DNA of 64,000 nucleotides from Diplonema japonicum (Eukaryota; Protista; Euglenozoa: Diplonemea), in contig OZ025662.1 in assembly GCA_964019335.1 (NCBI GenBank), forward strand, positions 248,001 through 312,000. Reading direction: 5' to 3'. The notes beneath the pieces were generated by a model, which made no database searches, was not told the origin of the DNA, and saw nothing but the letters and a program-made list of their open reading frames with translations. Both the position numbers and the translations under genes were made by a program. Position 1 is the stretch's first letter. The number at the start of each line of letters is the position of its first letter. This document shows positions 62,793 to 64,000 of the stretch, piece by piece.

Positions 62793-64000
62793 ATGAAGAG
62801 ATGCCTTAGGGCGTTATCTTGCGGAAAGCGAGGGAAGAAGGAAAAGGAAGAAGAAAGTAAGAAAGAAGAACGACAGCGCCTTAGAGAAGGACGACCCGAG
62901 GTGTCAGTGAGGACAGGCTCGCCAGTGACAGAGGGCTCCCCGAGGTTTAGATACCACAGTAGGAACAGTGGAAGTAGCGCGCCTGTGTCGGGGTCTGTCA
63001 AAGGATTCCACATAGGACCTGTGCCTTCTCCTAGCAGGAGAGGTGTATCAGGGTCTGGGTCGGGGATGGGGATGGGGATGAGCCGCAGCACCCCCACCTT
63101 GTCAGGCCCCAGCCCAGCTCCCGCACCCAGCTCTGTTCTACAACAACACCAGAGCCGCACAGGCAGCTACGAAACCTACATCTCCCGCAAAGACGCTCTG
63201 GTCAAGGAACTCCGCGAGGCTGCTGCCTCCATCCCACCACCCTCCTCAGCTTCTCTTATCGCAAGGTCCGTGTCCCGCGCCAGGTCATCGACACCTGTCC
63301 TCACACCAAGGAACCCCGACCAGGCGGCTGCACCTGCATCCATTCCATCAGCCACGATGCCCTCGATCAGCCCACCACAAGCAGTCCAGCCCACCATTCG
63401 CCAGCCATCGCAGCTGCGCGCACGAAGCAGCAGCAAAGAAAAGCTCGCGCCCGCAGCTGTGAATGACGAGGACGGCCCAGGGTATACAGATGTTCTTGAT
63501 GAGCTGCTGAAGAAACGTGCTTCGCAGCCCCACAGGTTCATCGACACAGACAAGAACGCGATCACCACAATTGGCTGCAAGGGTGCCGTGCCTCCTCCTG
63601 CTGCCCATATGAGGAAGCCAACTCCCCCACCTCCTGCAGCCCCGCCCTCGCAAGTGCCGGGCAAACCACTGGGCATCCCCCCTCCCCCCCCTCCTCCTCA
63701 GATGGACAAGATCCTTGCGGAGATCCAGGCGCATGGCGCGTCGAACCTGAAGCCGATGAAGGAGGCCAGCGTGTCCCCGATATGGGAGCTGCAGTCGACG
63801 CGCTCTGCCTCGCCAGTGGGCTGCCCGTCGACGTCGCTGCCGAGGACATCACATCAGGCGGCGCTGATGGAGCTGGTGTCGCCAAACGACAACAGGCAGT
63901 CGATCCAGAGGATATCGCTGGAGAGCAACAGGTCACAGGAGGTGAGGAGGTCGGAGCCACCGGCAATGCTCGCAGAGGCGTGGAGGGGCCCTTCGGCAGT
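62793..64000 (+). CDS. Pro-rich protein with WH2 actin-binding motif, 3'-incomplete (absent from the ORF track)
   Basis: MKRCLRALSCG..; PPPPPPPQMDKILAEIQAHGASNLKPM near 63680-63760; appears open to the window end. Confidence 0.6.
   Translation, partial: MKRCLRALSCGKRGKKEKEEESKKEERQRLREGRPEVSVRTGSPVTEGSPRFRYHSRNSGSSAPVSGSVKGFHIGPVPSPSRRGVSGSGSGMGMGMSRSTPTLSGPSPAPAPSSVLQQHQSRTGSYETYISRKDALVKELREAAASIPPPSSASLIARSVSRARSSTPVLTPRNPDQAAAPASIPSATMPSISPPQAVQPTIRQPSQLRARSSSKEKLAPAAVNDEDGPGYTDVLDELLKKRASQPHRFIDTDKNAITTIGCKGAVPPPAAHMRKPTPPPPAAPPSQVPGKPLGIPPPPPPPQMDKILAEIQAHGASNLKPMKEASVSPIWELQSTRSASPVGCPSTSLPRTSHQAALMELVSPNDNRQSIQRISLESNRSQEVRRSEPPAMLAEAWRGPSA

Noticed and set aside
1-64000. CRISPR arrays, rRNA, spliced-leader RNA gene, telomeric repeats
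   Set aside because: None seen; the tandem repeats found are in-frame coding repeats.

Overview
Gene-dense eukaryotic DNA, most likely a euglenozoan with cis-introns (diplonemid-like; this is inference). About 27 host protein genes all lie on the + strand with often very short spacers, as in a polycistronic unit. Sixteen tiny GT-AG introns (33-69 nt, often A-rich) join ORF-track fragments into single genes. Recognisable products: NDOR1/Tah18, DNA2, a degenerate G6Pase/PAP2, an SDR, mitoribosomal bL17m, RNF10/Mag2, an FAD oxidoreductase, a PKD2-like channel, an SGNH esterase, a zinc-knuckle/QT-motif/SPRY protein, a TBC-TLDc protein, a GH7 cellulase, COG5, a BLOC1S4-like protein, a class IV PLP aminotransferase and a WH2 protein. 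The most notable region is a Pol III island at 8.9-13.1 kb. It holds tRNA-Gln, tRNA-Asp, two head-to-head tRNA-Ser genes 97 bp apart, and an exact 39-nt 5' half of tRNA-Asp. Three unidentified structured RNA candidates each start 96-97 bp upstream of, and divergent from, a tRNA or the half-tRNA. Two of them are paralogues and sit directly upstream of an uninterrupted, endonuclease-less RT-RNase H ORF on the same strand. A highly palindromic ~530-bp non-autonomous element lies in a poly(T) tract at 29.85-30.38 kb. All calls come from motif recognition by eye; no searches were run.
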